Below are positions 53,239-61,911 of a stretch of DNA of 64,000 nt, one piece after another. The stretch spans positions 3,834 through 67,833 of the forward strand of contig CAWIAJ010000003.1 in assembly GCA_963834085.1 (NCBI GenBank). Reading direction: 5' to 3'. Position numbers and translations under genes: made by a program. The notes beneath the pieces are model-generated. The model saw only the letters and a program-made list of their open reading frames with translations. It was not told where the DNA came from and searched no databases. Positions within the stretch are counted from its first letter, which is position 1. Every line of letters starts with the position of its first letter. This DNA is from an uncultured Acidobacteriaceae bacterium. Its GTDB lineage: Bacteria; Acidobacteriota; Terriglobia; Terriglobales; Acidobacteriaceae.

Positions 53239-54930
53239 ATGAGCGTCACACTCCGAATCGCGTTGCGCGTGGCACTAGCCTTTTTTGTTTTTTCTTCTGT
53301 TGTTCTTGCCGCAGACACTCCTTTCGATCTGGTTATTATCAACGGGCGCATCATCGACGGTACGGGATCTCCGTGGTATTCGGGAGAGATCGGAATTCGC
53401 AACGGGCGTATTGCCGCCATTGGCAATCTCGCTGGAGCGGGCCGGAAGCACACGATAGACGCTCACGGGGAGGTTGTTGCTCCTGGGTTCATTGATATGT
53501 TGGGGCAATCGGAGGCGACCATTCTGGTTGATCCGCGGCTGCCGTCGAAGATTTATCAGGGCATTACGACTGAGATTACCGGCGAGGGCGGATCGGCCGC
53601 TCCGTTGAACGACGCGATTATTGCCAATGATCGTCCGGGGTACGAGCATTACAAGATCAATCCTGATTGGCGCACTTTTCGGCAGTATTTCGCGCGTCTC
53701 GAAAAGCAGGGGATGGGCATTAATCTCGCGAGCTACGTGGGCGCGACGCAGGTGCGGCGGATGGTGCTGGGCGATGCCGACGTGCAACCGACTCCGGAGC
53801 AACTGGAGAAGATGAAGGCGCTGGTGCGGGATGCGATGCTCGATGGCGCGGTAGGCGTTTCGACTTCGCTCGAGTATTCGCCGGCTCCCTACGCGAAGAC
53901 GGAGGAGATTATTGCGCTGGCCGCGGAGGCATCGAAGTTTGGCGGCATCTATGCGACGCACATGCGAAGTGAAGGGGATGCGGTGCTGGAGTCGATTGAC
54001 GAGGCGGTTCGCATCGGGCGCGAGGCGCATATTCCGGTGGAGATATGGCACTTCAAAGTGGCGGGAAAGGCCAATTTTGGGCGCATGCCGGAGGCGATTG
54101 CGCGAGTGAACAAAGCGCGCGCCGAAGGCTTCAACGTCTCGGCCGATACGTATGCATATACGGCGTGGTCGAACAGCATGTCGGCGTTTGTTCCGCCTTG
54201 GGCGCATGATGGCGGCGACGCGAAGCTGGTGGAACGGCTGAAAGATCCGGCGACGCGGGCGCGTATTCGCAAAGATATGGAGACGCCGTCCAAGGATTGG
54301 GATAACGAATGGGATGAAATTACGGGGCCGCAAGATGTGATGATCACTGTGGTGCAGAATCCGGCGCTGAAGAAATACCAAGGGAAACGGCTGACGGACG
54401 TGGCTGCCGCAATGAAGACGGGTCCCATGGATGCGCTGTTCGATTTGCTGATTGAAGACAAGGCGTACACGGATTGCGCTGTTTTCGGCATGTCGGAGCC
54501 GGACGTTGCGCTGGCTTTGCAGCAGCCTTGGGTTTCGGTGGACAACGACTCGTCGGGCACATCACCGGAAGGAATCTTGGGCGAGGAGCATCCGCATCCG
54601 AGAGCTTACGGCACGTTTCCACGGATTTTGCGAAAGTATGTTCGCGAAGAGAAGAAGCTGACGCTGGAGGATGCGATCCGGAAGTTTTCGGCGCTGCCGG
54701 CGCAACGCATGCGGCTGATCGATCGTGGCGTGCTGAAGAAAGGCATGTGGGCGGATGTGGTGGTGTTTGATCCGGAGACGATCAGCGATGTCGCGACCTT
54801 TGACGATCCAAATCGACTGTCAAAAGGAATGGATGACGTGCTTATAAACGGGACATTGGTGATCGAAAGTGGAAAGATGACGGGAGCGTTGCCGGGGAAG
54901 GTTTTGCGGGGAGCAGGCTACGAACCGTAG
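53239..54930 (+). CDS. N-acyl-D-amino-acid deacylase (D-aminoacylase) family amidohydrolase, secreted
   Basis: DLVIINGRIIDGTGSPWYSGEIGIRNGRIAAIG, VVAPGFIDMLGQSE and C-terminal GMWADVVVFDPETISD and INGTLVIESGKMTGALPGKVLRG are typical. 563 aa. Confidence 0.85.
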   Translation: MSVTLRIALRVALAFFVFSSVVLAADTPFDLVIINGRIIDGTGSPWYSGEIGIRNGRIAAIGNLAGAGRKHTIDAHGEVVAPGFIDMLGQSEATILVDPRLPSKIYQGITTEITGEGGSAAPLNDAIIANDRPGYEHYKINPDWRTFRQYFARLEKQGMGINLASYVGATQVRRMVLGDADVQPTPEQLEKMKALVRDAMLDGAVGVSTSLEYSPAPYAKTEEIIALAAEASKFGGIYATHMRSEGDAVLESIDEAVRIGREAHIPVEIWHFKVAGKANFGRMPEAIARVNKARAEGFNVSADTYAYTAWSNSMSAFVPPWAHDGGDAKLVERLKDPATRARIRKDMETPSKDWDNEWDEITGPQDVMITVVQNPALKKYQGKRLTDVAAAMKTGPMDALFDLLIEDKAYTDCAVFGMSEPDVALALQQPWVSVDNDSSGTSPEGILGEEHPHPRAYGTFPRILRKYVREEKKLTLEDAIRKFSALPAQRMRLIDRGVLKKGMWADVVVFDPETISDVATFDDPNRLSKGMDDVLINGTLVIESGKMTGALPGKVLRGAGYEP

Positions 54931-54954
54931 ATTCTGCTTTCGGTCTCCGCGAGT

Positions 54955-57618
54955 TTACGGATTGACGGCTTTGGCGTTGGCTTCCGAGTGATCGATGGCT
55001 TCGGGGTTGGCGATGTGGGGTTTCGCGAGCGTGCCGGTTAACGTCCAGGATTGGTCTTTGCTGTTTCTAAGCACGAAATCCATTGCGCCTTCCGGAGATG
55101 CTGTTCCACTTACCTTATAAGAAGTATCACGAGTTTCCAATTGGCCGCGCGGCAGTTCCCAAGCACCTTTCTTCAGAGCGAGGGTTCCGGCGAAACGGCG
55201 GATGGCGAGAGGGGCGAGTGTGCCCGGGATCGCGACATGCGGCAGGCTGCCATTGCGCATCACGAACTGCAACTTTGCGTCGGAATGGGCTGGCACTTCT
55301 GACAAAGTGTTGGCGGAGCCGTCTAAGTCGAAGGTTGCGTCGACTGTGCCGGTAATCCAGGGATCGTTCATTAAGGCGGCGAGTTGCGGCAAAGCGATGT
55401 CGTGGAAAGCTCCGGTGGCGCGGTAATGCAAACCCTGGTCGGATTCATCGTGTGACGAGGCGTCGATGATCCAGGTGCCCTGATGAGTGCCTTGCAGGAG
55501 TTGGGCGCGAAGATTGGTGAGTGTGATTTTGCCGTAAGCAATTTCAACCTGGCTCGAGACTTGGCTGGCGGCGATGGTTTTCAAGGCGAACCGACCCACA
55601 TGCAGGTTTCCGCGAGCGCGAATCCCGAGAAAGGGTGAAGGTCCTGGCGTTGTTTCGGAAGAGAGAAGGCGATACCAGGGACGTTTGGCGGGATGCCGGA
55701 TAAACCAGTCCGCCAAATCTCGAGTAGAAATCTGATCGGCGGCCAGATCGAACTGGAGCGCGCAGGTTTGGGCGGCGGTCGAGATGGCAGGGCCGGGACT
55801 CGGGACATCGCTCGACTGTGTGGCCGCAGCGGTGCATTGTCGGGGCGCGGTGACGGTTCCGGTCCAGTGTACTTTGCCGGTGTGAGCAACGATTTTCTGC
55901 AAGAGTACTGCGTCGGGAGTGAGCGAGACGTTGGCGGAGGCGATCTCGATAGGGGTGCTTATGCCGCGCATCTCGGCGTGCACGTTGTGGAGTTGCGCAG
56001 TTCCGAGGCTGGTGGGGGGAGCGAATCCCGACCACGGTCCGGAGATCCTCACATCCAATTTGGCGGCGCCTTGGGCGGCAGGACGGGCGGCAGGCAATGC
56101 GATGATGGTCTCCAGGCGAAAGAGGTCTTGCAATTGCAGATCGCCACGCAGGAAAAATCGGTAGCCGGTACTCGATACCCATCCGCCAGCGTTCACGGGG
56201 GGGGCTCCATTGATCGCGAGTGCGACGGGCCCGATTCGCAGATGAAGGGACACGGGCTCAGCTTCTGGTTTCGCAAGCTGTGCGAGCGCAAGGCTCGTCG
56301 TCGGCGAGGTGGGTTTCGCGCTGGGAGCGTTTCCGGAAATGAGAGTAAGAGGAATCGTGCCGATGGAAACGTCGTCCTTGCCGGCATTTGCGGAAAGCTG
56401 AACGTTCGTTGCTGAGCCGGTGCCAGTCCATTGTGGTTGGGGAGCGATCGACCCGCGGCGGGGTTGCTCTACGGAAATCGCCGCATTGTTCGCGAAATGA
56501 AATTCGGCGTTGAGCAGTCCGGTCGAAGTGAGGTCCGGTGTAATTTGTTTTTTCGCCTGGTGCAGCAAGCGAAAGAGCGCGTCGACGGGAACGTGTTCGG
56601 CTTGGACAGTAAGATCATAATTGGGTAGTGCCACGAGCTCCAGAGTGCCCCGTAGGCGCAGAGTGCCGTCGCTTACAGGGGATTCGCAGAGGAGATGGGC
56701 GAGCGTTCCCGTGGGCGAGTTGTATTCTCCGGAGCAACTGGTAATAAGGCGAAGGCTGGTGCGGTCGGTAATGTCATAGCGGTGAAAATTGTCGACGGAC
56801 GCCTGGCTCTGGACTTGCAGAGCTTCGGGAGTGCCGGATAATTTTGCGGTGAAAGTCACTCCACCACGCCATCCGCGATCCTTGCCATTCAACAATTTTG
56901 TGATCTGACCGAGTTGGCCGTTCTCCCATCGCACGGCGATCTGAACGGGAGTGGTCTGCGGGCTGGCAGCGCGTTGCCAGGTGGCATTGATCTGTAGGAG
57001 TCCGGTATCGGTGAGATTGAAGTCGGTTCGTATGGGCTCAGCCTTGAGGCGGGCGCCCCAGGAGTTGTCGGAATCCTGCCAGAGGGCGACGTCGGCATTG
57101 GTCAGCGCGTAGGATTTTTTGGTTTGGCCGATTTTGAAATTGACGCGAGCACCGGTGGCTTCAAGATAAGGGAATGCGGGACGACTTTCGAAAGCGGGCT
57201 TTGCGGTTGGCGCGGCGGGAATCTGGGCGTTGCGCGCGAGTAGGCTGGCGAGGTTCCAGCGGCCTTCGTCGTTGCGGACGAGATTGACGCTGGGCTCGGT
57301 GGCGCTGAGATTTGCGATTTCGAGGCGTCCGCGAAGCAGGGAACGAAGGCGGATGGCGGCGGAGACTTCATCCGCGCGGATCATGGGCTCTGGGCTGAAG
57401 GCGGGATCGTCATAGATGACGAGGTCTTCGAGATCGAAGCCGGGGCGCGGGAGAAGTCGCAAGCGAACATTGTCGATAGTGACTCGGCGTCCTAGGGCGT
57501 TGCCGATGGAAGTCGAGATACGGTTGCGGAGGCGATACACGCCGGGGCGCCACAGAAACATTACTACCAGCAGAGCAGCAACGACGGCCAGGCCGCGTTT
57601 GGAGCGGAGAAATTTCAC
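54955..57618 (-). CDS. AsmA family protein
   Basis: It has an N-terminal TM anchor followed by RVTIDNVRLRLLPRPGFDLEDLVIYDDPAFSPEPMIRADEVSAAIRLRSLLRGRLEI, the AsmA N-terminal pattern. I prefer GTG 57618, which overlaps the lepB stop as GTGA. The track start is TTG 57645. Confidence 0.75.
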   Translation of the reverse strand: MKFLRSKRGLAVVAALLVVMFLWRPGVYRLRNRISTSIGNALGRRVTIDNVRLRLLPRPGFDLEDLVIYDDPAFSPEPMIRADEVSAAIRLRSLLRGRLEIANLSATEPSVNLVRNDEGRWNLASLLARNAQIPAAPTAKPAFESRPAFPYLEATGARVNFKIGQTKKSYALTNADVALWQDSDNSWGARLKAEPIRTDFNLTDTGLLQINATWQRAASPQTTPVQIAVRWENGQLGQITKLLNGKDRGWRGGVTFTAKLSGTPEALQVQSQASVDNFHRYDITDRTSLRLITSCSGEYNSPTGTLAHLLCESPVSDGTLRLRGTLELVALPNYDLTVQAEHVPVDALFRLLHQAKKQITPDLTSTGLLNAEFHFANNAAISVEQPRRGSIAPQPQWTGTGSATNVQLSANAGKDDVSIGTIPLTLISGNAPSAKPTSPTTSLALAQLAKPEAEPVSLHLRIGPVALAINGAPPVNAGGWVSSTGYRFFLRGDLQLQDLFRLETIIALPAARPAAQGAAKLDVRISGPWSGFAPPTSLGTAQLHNVHAEMRGISTPIEIASANVSLTPDAVLLQKIVAHTGKVHWTGTVTAPRQCTAAATQSSDVPSPGPAISTAAQTCALQFDLAADQISTRDLADWFIRHPAKRPWYRLLSSETTPGPSPFLGIRARGNLHVGRFALKTIAASQVSSQVEIAYGKITLTNLRAQLLQGTHQGTWIIDASSHDESDQGLHYRATGAFHDIALPQLAALMNDPWITGTVDATFDLDGSANTLSEVPAHSDAKLQFVMRNGSLPHVAIPGTLAPLAIRRFAGTLALKKGAWELPRGQLETRDTSYKVSGTASPEGAMDFVLRNSKDQSWTLTGTLAKPHIANPEAIDHSEANAKAVNP

Positions 57619-58400
57619 TTCACGATCCGCAGAGTCCGCGACCAACGGGTTTGATCGAAGAAGTGAATGACCATGTGAACCATGAACGAGAGGCGGTCGC
57701 TGGCATCGTGCATCATGTACTGGTCGGGAGGCGTAATGAACGACCAGTAGACGAACATGGGGCGGCCGATTATGTTCTGGCGGGGAATGAATCCCCAGAA
57801 GCGGCTATCTTTGCTGACGTCGCGATTGTCGCCCATCCCGAAATAACTGTTGGGAGGGACGACGATATCCTCGCCTTGAATGTGGGAAGCCATGGTTTCT
57901 TCCCAGTCTTCGCTGGTCACGCCGTACATGCCGGAGGGCGGGACGGAGGGAAAATTGTCGCGATAGGGATCGTAGTTTCCGAGCTTATGTTCGACGTAGG
58001 GCTCATCGAGCTTTACGCTATTGCGATAGACGGCGCCGTCGCGCAAATGGATGCGGTCGCCTGGAAGGCCGATGACACGCTTGACGACGAAGAGGCCCTT
58101 TTCCTCAGGCGACAGGAAGACGATGATGTCGCCGTGTTGAGGATCGCGATAGGGCATGAGCGGGCCCATCCAATGCGAGGGCGGCGCGAACTGCTCGCGG
58201 TTTACAAAGACGTGGTCGCCGATGAGCATCTCGTTCTCCATGGAACTGGAGGGGATCTCAAAATTCTGCAGGATGAAAGTCATGAGGAAGAGAACGATGA
58301 CAAGGAGTTCGGCGAGTGAAGCCAAGAACTCCACCGTCGTTTCGCGCGGCTTCTCTTCTGCGGGAGTTTCTTTGTTTTTATTGTCGGGTGCTTTGGGCAT
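57615..58400 (-). CDS. lepB: signal peptidase I (copy 1)
   Basis: The catalytic Ser box IPSSSMENEMLIGD, the Lys box VKRVIGLPGDRI and GDNRDVSKDSRFWGFIP are present. Confidence 0.85.
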   Translation of the reverse strand: MPKAPDNKNKETPAEEKPRETTVEFLASLAELLVIVLFLMTFILQNFEIPSSSMENEMLIGDHVFVNREQFAPPSHWMGPLMPYRDPQHGDIIVFLSPEEKGLFVVKRVIGLPGDRIHLRDGAVYRNSVKLDEPYVEHKLGNYDPYRDNFPSVPPSGMYGVTSEDWEETMASHIQGEDIVVPPNSYFGMGDNRDVSKDSRFWGFIPRQNIIGRPMFVYWSFITPPDQYMMHDASDRLSFMVHMVIHFFDQTRWSRTLRIVK

Positions 58401-58430
58401 CTGGGTGAAATTTGCCTTGCGAAAGCTTTC

Positions 58431-59243
58431 TTACTTTACAAGCTTTAAGGTACGTGACCAGCGCGTCTGATCAAAGAAATGAATGACGATGTGGGCGATC
58501 CATGCGAAGCGGTCGGCCGGACTTTGCATCTGGTACTGGTCGGGTGGAGTGATAAACGACCAGTAGATGAACATGGGACGGCCAATCACGTTCTTGCGCG
58601 GGATGAAGCCCCAGTAGCGGCTGTCGTAGCTGACATCGCGGTTGTCGCCCATGGCGAAGTAGCTGTCGGGTGGAACAACGAGATCTTCGCCTTGAATGTA
58701 TTGGGGCAGAGACGATTCCCAATAGTCGGCAAGATTGTCGCTTTCGCTGGGCATAATTGCCGGGAAATTCATGCGGTAGGCGCAACGGACGCATCGTGGA
58801 TCGGAAGCATCGCCTTTGTACCTGACGTAGGGTTCGTCGAGTTTCTCACCATTGCGATAGACGACATTGTCGCGGAGGTGAATGCGGTCGCCGGGCACGC
58901 CAATGATGCGTTTGACAACGAAAAGACCGTGCTCGGAGGGCGACAAGAATACGACGATATCCTGGCGGTGGATGTCGCGATAGGGGAGCAGTGGGCCCAG
59001 CCAATGGGTAGGAGGAGCGAACTGCTCGCGATTCACAAAGACATGGTCGCCGATGAGTAAGGTGTCTTCCATCGAACTGGAAGGAATTTCGAAGGCCTGG
59101 AGGACGAAGGTGATGATGAACAGGCCGGTCACCAAGACTCCGGCGAGGGAGGCCAGAAATTCGACGGTTGTTTCCCGCGGCTTTTCCTCGACAATTTCCT
59201 CTTCTTTTTCTTCTTCTCTTTTGTTAGGCAAAGATTTAGGCAA
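58431..59243 (-). CDS. lepB: signal peptidase I (copy 2)
   Basis: IPSSSMEDTLLIGD, VKRIIGVPGDRI and GDNRDVSYDSRYWGFIP are present. It is very similar to copy 1 throughout. Confidence 0.85.
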   Translation of the reverse strand: MPKSLPNKREEEKEEEIVEEKPRETTVEFLASLAGVLVTGLFIITFVLQAFEIPSSSMEDTLLIGDHVFVNREQFAPPTHWLGPLLPYRDIHRQDIVVFLSPSEHGLFVVKRIIGVPGDRIHLRDNVVYRNGEKLDEPYVRYKGDASDPRCVRCAYRMNFPAIMPSESDNLADYWESSLPQYIQGEDLVVPPDSYFAMGDNRDVSYDSRYWGFIPRKNVIGRPMFIYWSFITPPDQYQMQSPADRFAWIAHIVIHFFDQTRWSRTLKLVK

Positions 59244-59287
59244 GTTCGTCTTCCCTGTTCCGAGGATTTCGGTTCAAACCGTTTCCA

Positions 59288-60037
59288 TTAGCGTACCAGC
59301 CGGAAGGTTCGTTGCCAGCGGGTGAACTGGAATAAATGCGTAATCGCGTAGGCAAGATGATAAAGCTTATCGCCGACAGTTGGCGATCCGGTGAGATCAT
59401 TGTTCAGACCGCCCGCAGACCAGTAGATCACGAGCGGGCGTCCGATGATATTTTCGCGCGGGACAAAGCCCCAGTAGCGGCTGTCCTGGCTGTCGTCGCG
59501 ATTGTCGCCGAGAACGAAATATTGGCCGTCGGGGATGATGAGTTGATGGTCCTCGACCAGTTTTGGCATCTCTTTCCACCATCTGGCGTCGACAGCGTAA
59601 TCGGGAGAACCGGTTTGGGGAAAGTCGTCGCGATAGTAGTTGCGCAAGGCGGCGATGTACTGGACGTAGGGCTCCGGAACTAATGAGCCGTTGATATAGA
59701 CGTGTTTGTTGATGAGGCGGAGGCGATCGCCGGGCAACGCTACGACGCGCTTGACGAAATCCTGCGCAGGATTGATGGGATAGTGAAAGACAACGATGTC
59801 GCCGCGCCGGATTTTGCGGTAGGGAAGGAGACGATTCCAGCCGGTGTTTCCACCGTAGCAGAATTTGTCGACCAGGAGATAATCGCCGATCAACAAGGTC
59901 TGTTCCATCGATTCGGAGGGGATAGTGAAGGCCTGGACGAGAAAAGTGACCACAAAAATAGCGATCACGATCGTGCCGGCAACCGACTGAACGGTGGAAG
60001 GCCAATCTTCGGCGGCGATTTTTTCGCTCCACGACAT
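59288..60037 (-). CDS. lepB: signal peptidase I (copy 3, more divergent)
   Basis: The start is placed at ATG 60037 (MSWSEKIAAEDW...). The track ORF to 60403 runs out of frame through rnc. IPSESMEQTLLIGD, VKRVVALPGDRL and GDNRDDSQDSRYWGFVP are present. Confidence 0.85.
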   Translation of the reverse strand: MSWSEKIAAEDWPSTVQSVAGTIVIAIFVVTFLVQAFTIPSESMEQTLLIGDYLLVDKFCYGGNTGWNRLLPYRKIRRGDIVVFHYPINPAQDFVKRVVALPGDRLRLINKHVYINGSLVPEPYVQYIAALRNYYRDDFPQTGSPDYAVDARWWKEMPKLVEDHQLIIPDGQYFVLGDNRDDSQDSRYWGFVPRENIIGRPLVIYWSAGGLNNDLTGSPTVGDKLYHLAYAITHLFQFTRWQRTFRLVR

Positions 60038-60063
60038 AGCGGGTGGTGATGGAAACTTAGTCT

Positions 60064-60840
60064 CTATTGAAGATTGGATGCGCCGGGCAACGCCGCTAGA
60101 TAGTCCAAGACCTGCCGCGCGGCTTCCTGTTCGGCGCGCTTTTTGGTTGCGCCTTGAGCGCGCCCGACGAATTGGCCCATTTCGGGCAGCGGAAGTTTTA
60201 CTTCGACGGTAAAGGTTTTGCGGTGTTCGGGGCCTTCTTCTTTCACTAGCGCATAGATTGGTTGAGGGGCGCCGCGGGCCTGGAGGGCCTCCTGCAGAGC
60301 AGACTTGAAGTCCATAACGGGCATCATGCTGGTTTCGAGGTTCATGTTGGCCAGTTCGGGCTCGACGATGGCACGCACGATAAAGTCGCGGGCCACGGAC
60401 CATCCACCATCGAGATAGAGGGCCGCGATGATGGCTTCCAGAGCGTCAACCTGGAGGCTTGCTTTATTGCGGCCGCCGCTCTTTTCTTCACCGCGGCCGA
60501 GGCGCATGTAATGGCCAATCTCAAATTGTTCAGCTACACGCAACAAGTGTCTCTGCCCCACGAGGTGGGCGCGAAGTTTGGAGAGTTGGCCTTCATGGAA
60601 GGCGGGAAAGCGCTGGAACAGGGCTTCGCTCGTGGCGAGGCCGAGCACGGCGTCTCCTAGAAATTCGAGCATTTCGTTATGACCGGCGGGGGAGGCCGCG
60701 GAAGATGAGCCATTGGCTGCCCAAAGCGCGTCGATTTCACGGGCTTGGGAGCTGTGAGTGAGCGCCTGCTCCAAGAGCTCAGGGCGCTGGAAGCGGTGAG
60801 CTAAGACATCTTCCAGCGCCATGATTTCGCGTGACTTCAT
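60064..60840 (-). CDS. rnc: ribonuclease III
   Basis: The signature NEMLEFLGDAVLGL is present, with a C-terminal dsRNA-binding domain (KSALQEALQARGAPQPIYALVKEEGPEHRKTFTVEV...GATKKRAEQEAARQVL). Confidence 0.9.
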   Translation of the reverse strand: MKSREIMALEDVLAHRFQRPELLEQALTHSSQAREIDALWAANGSSSAASPAGHNEMLEFLGDAVLGLATSEALFQRFPAFHEGQLSKLRAHLVGQRHLLRVAEQFEIGHYMRLGRGEEKSGGRNKASLQVDALEAIIAALYLDGGWSVARDFIVRAIVEPELANMNLETSMMPVMDFKSALQEALQARGAPQPIYALVKEEGPEHRKTFTVEVKLPLPEMGQFVGRAQGATKKRAEQEAARQVLDYLAALPGASNLQ

Positions 60841-60920
60841 TTGATATTAGTTTGTGACTCTGATGGTTCGGAACCAGAACCTCGGTTGAGACGCAGGCGT
60901 GATCTTTTCGTCAACGCCGG

Positions 60921-60948
60921 AAAGAGGCGAGGTTCACCTCGCCTCTTT
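60921..60948 (-). terminator. 12-bp perfect hairpin AAAGAGGCGAGG ttca CCTCGCCTCTTT between the TPR-like gene and rnc
   Basis: Read directly. The stem ends in a short U run on either strand. It could equally be a REP-like element of the same family as 41852..41873. Confidence 0.45.
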
Positions 60949-60960
60949 TGGCGAGAAGAT

Positions 60961-61836
60961 CTAGTTCTTTGGCGGCGCGGCCGGTTGGGCTGGCGCGGCA
61001 CCGCCGGTGAGTTGCTGCAGCCGATCACGCTCGCGGCGTGCCGGTGTGCCGATTGCGGTGTTGTCCTGGGTAAGTTCTACGGCCCGGTTCGCGAATTTGA
61101 GAGCTTCGGGATATTTCGCTTCTTTGTCGAGGGTGAGGGCGAGTCGGAGAACTACGACGGGATCGGGCTGGCTGGGGAAGGCGTCGATTGATTTCTGCAG
61201 ATTCTCCTGCGCGGCGGCGTAGTCGTCCTTCTTGAACTGAATGGTCCCGAGGATCGAATAGGCATTCGAGCGCAGTAAAGACTTGTAGGCGTCGATCTTG
61301 TCCTGCGGGGTTCCCGCCGGCACTTGCACGTCCGTATCTACGGTGGTGGTCGCTTTTTGCGCCATCGTCATGGCTTCGCTATAGCGTTGATCTTTGTCGA
61401 TATCCGAGTCGTGGGTTCTTTCGGCAATGACTTCGGCGACGGTGACGAGAGCTTCGGGATCGTCCGCATCGAAGGTAAGGACTTTGCGGCCCATGGCCTC
61501 GGTCTTTTCGGCGTTGTTGGCGTTTTGGTAGAGGCGCATCGCGTTCTTGTAGAGGAGCACGCGAAGTTCACTGTCCGGATATTTGGTGGCGAAGTCGTCG
61601 GTAGCCTTCTCCAGGGCCGCGGGATCGGTGGCGGTGACGGCGGCTTTGTAAGCATCGAACTCGGGTTGAGTCTTGGCTTGTGGCGGCCGCTTCGTGGCCG
61701 GGGCACCCGGAGTGCCGGTGGCTGGGGTCTGTCCAGTTGCAGGGGTGGTGGATTGCGCAGGTTGTCCGCTGGTCTGAGCGCAGGCCCAGATGGCGAGACT
61801 CATGACTCCAATCGCTAAAATAACTGCTTTCCTCAT
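60961..61836 (-). CDS. secreted TPR-like helical repeat protein
   Basis: GGGAGA lies 5 nt upstream of ATG 61836. After the signal peptide MRKAVILAIGVMSLAIWACAQ comes an Ala/Thr/Pro-rich linker and then helical repeats. Confidence 0.6.
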   Translation of the reverse strand: MRKAVILAIGVMSLAIWACAQTSGQPAQSTTPATGQTPATGTPGAPATKRPPQAKTQPEFDAYKAAVTATDPAALEKATDDFATKYPDSELRVLLYKNAMRLYQNANNAEKTEAMGRKVLTFDADDPEALVTVAEVIAERTHDSDIDKDQRYSEAMTMAQKATTTVDTDVQVPAGTPQDKIDAYKSLLRSNAYSILGTIQFKKDDYAAAQENLQKSIDAFPSQPDPVVVLRLALTLDKEAKYPEALKFANRAVELTQDNTAIGTPARRERDRLQQLTGGAAPAQPAAPPKN

Positions 61837-61911
61837 TGTGTCTCCCATAATGCTGAATTTCAAACCTAAGATTTGATGACGCAGGCAGAGCCGCCTTCGA
61901 CGGCTGGCCAG

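Noticed and set aside
53275-54381. 368-aa minus-strand ORF
   Set aside because: It is antisense to the D-aminoacylase gene, with Arg-rich shadow-ORF composition.
60038-60403. N-terminal 122 residues of the track ORF 59288..60403
   Set aside because: This part is an out-of-frame read through the 3' end of rnc (Arg/Pro-rich). The signal peptidase starts convincingly at ATG 60037.
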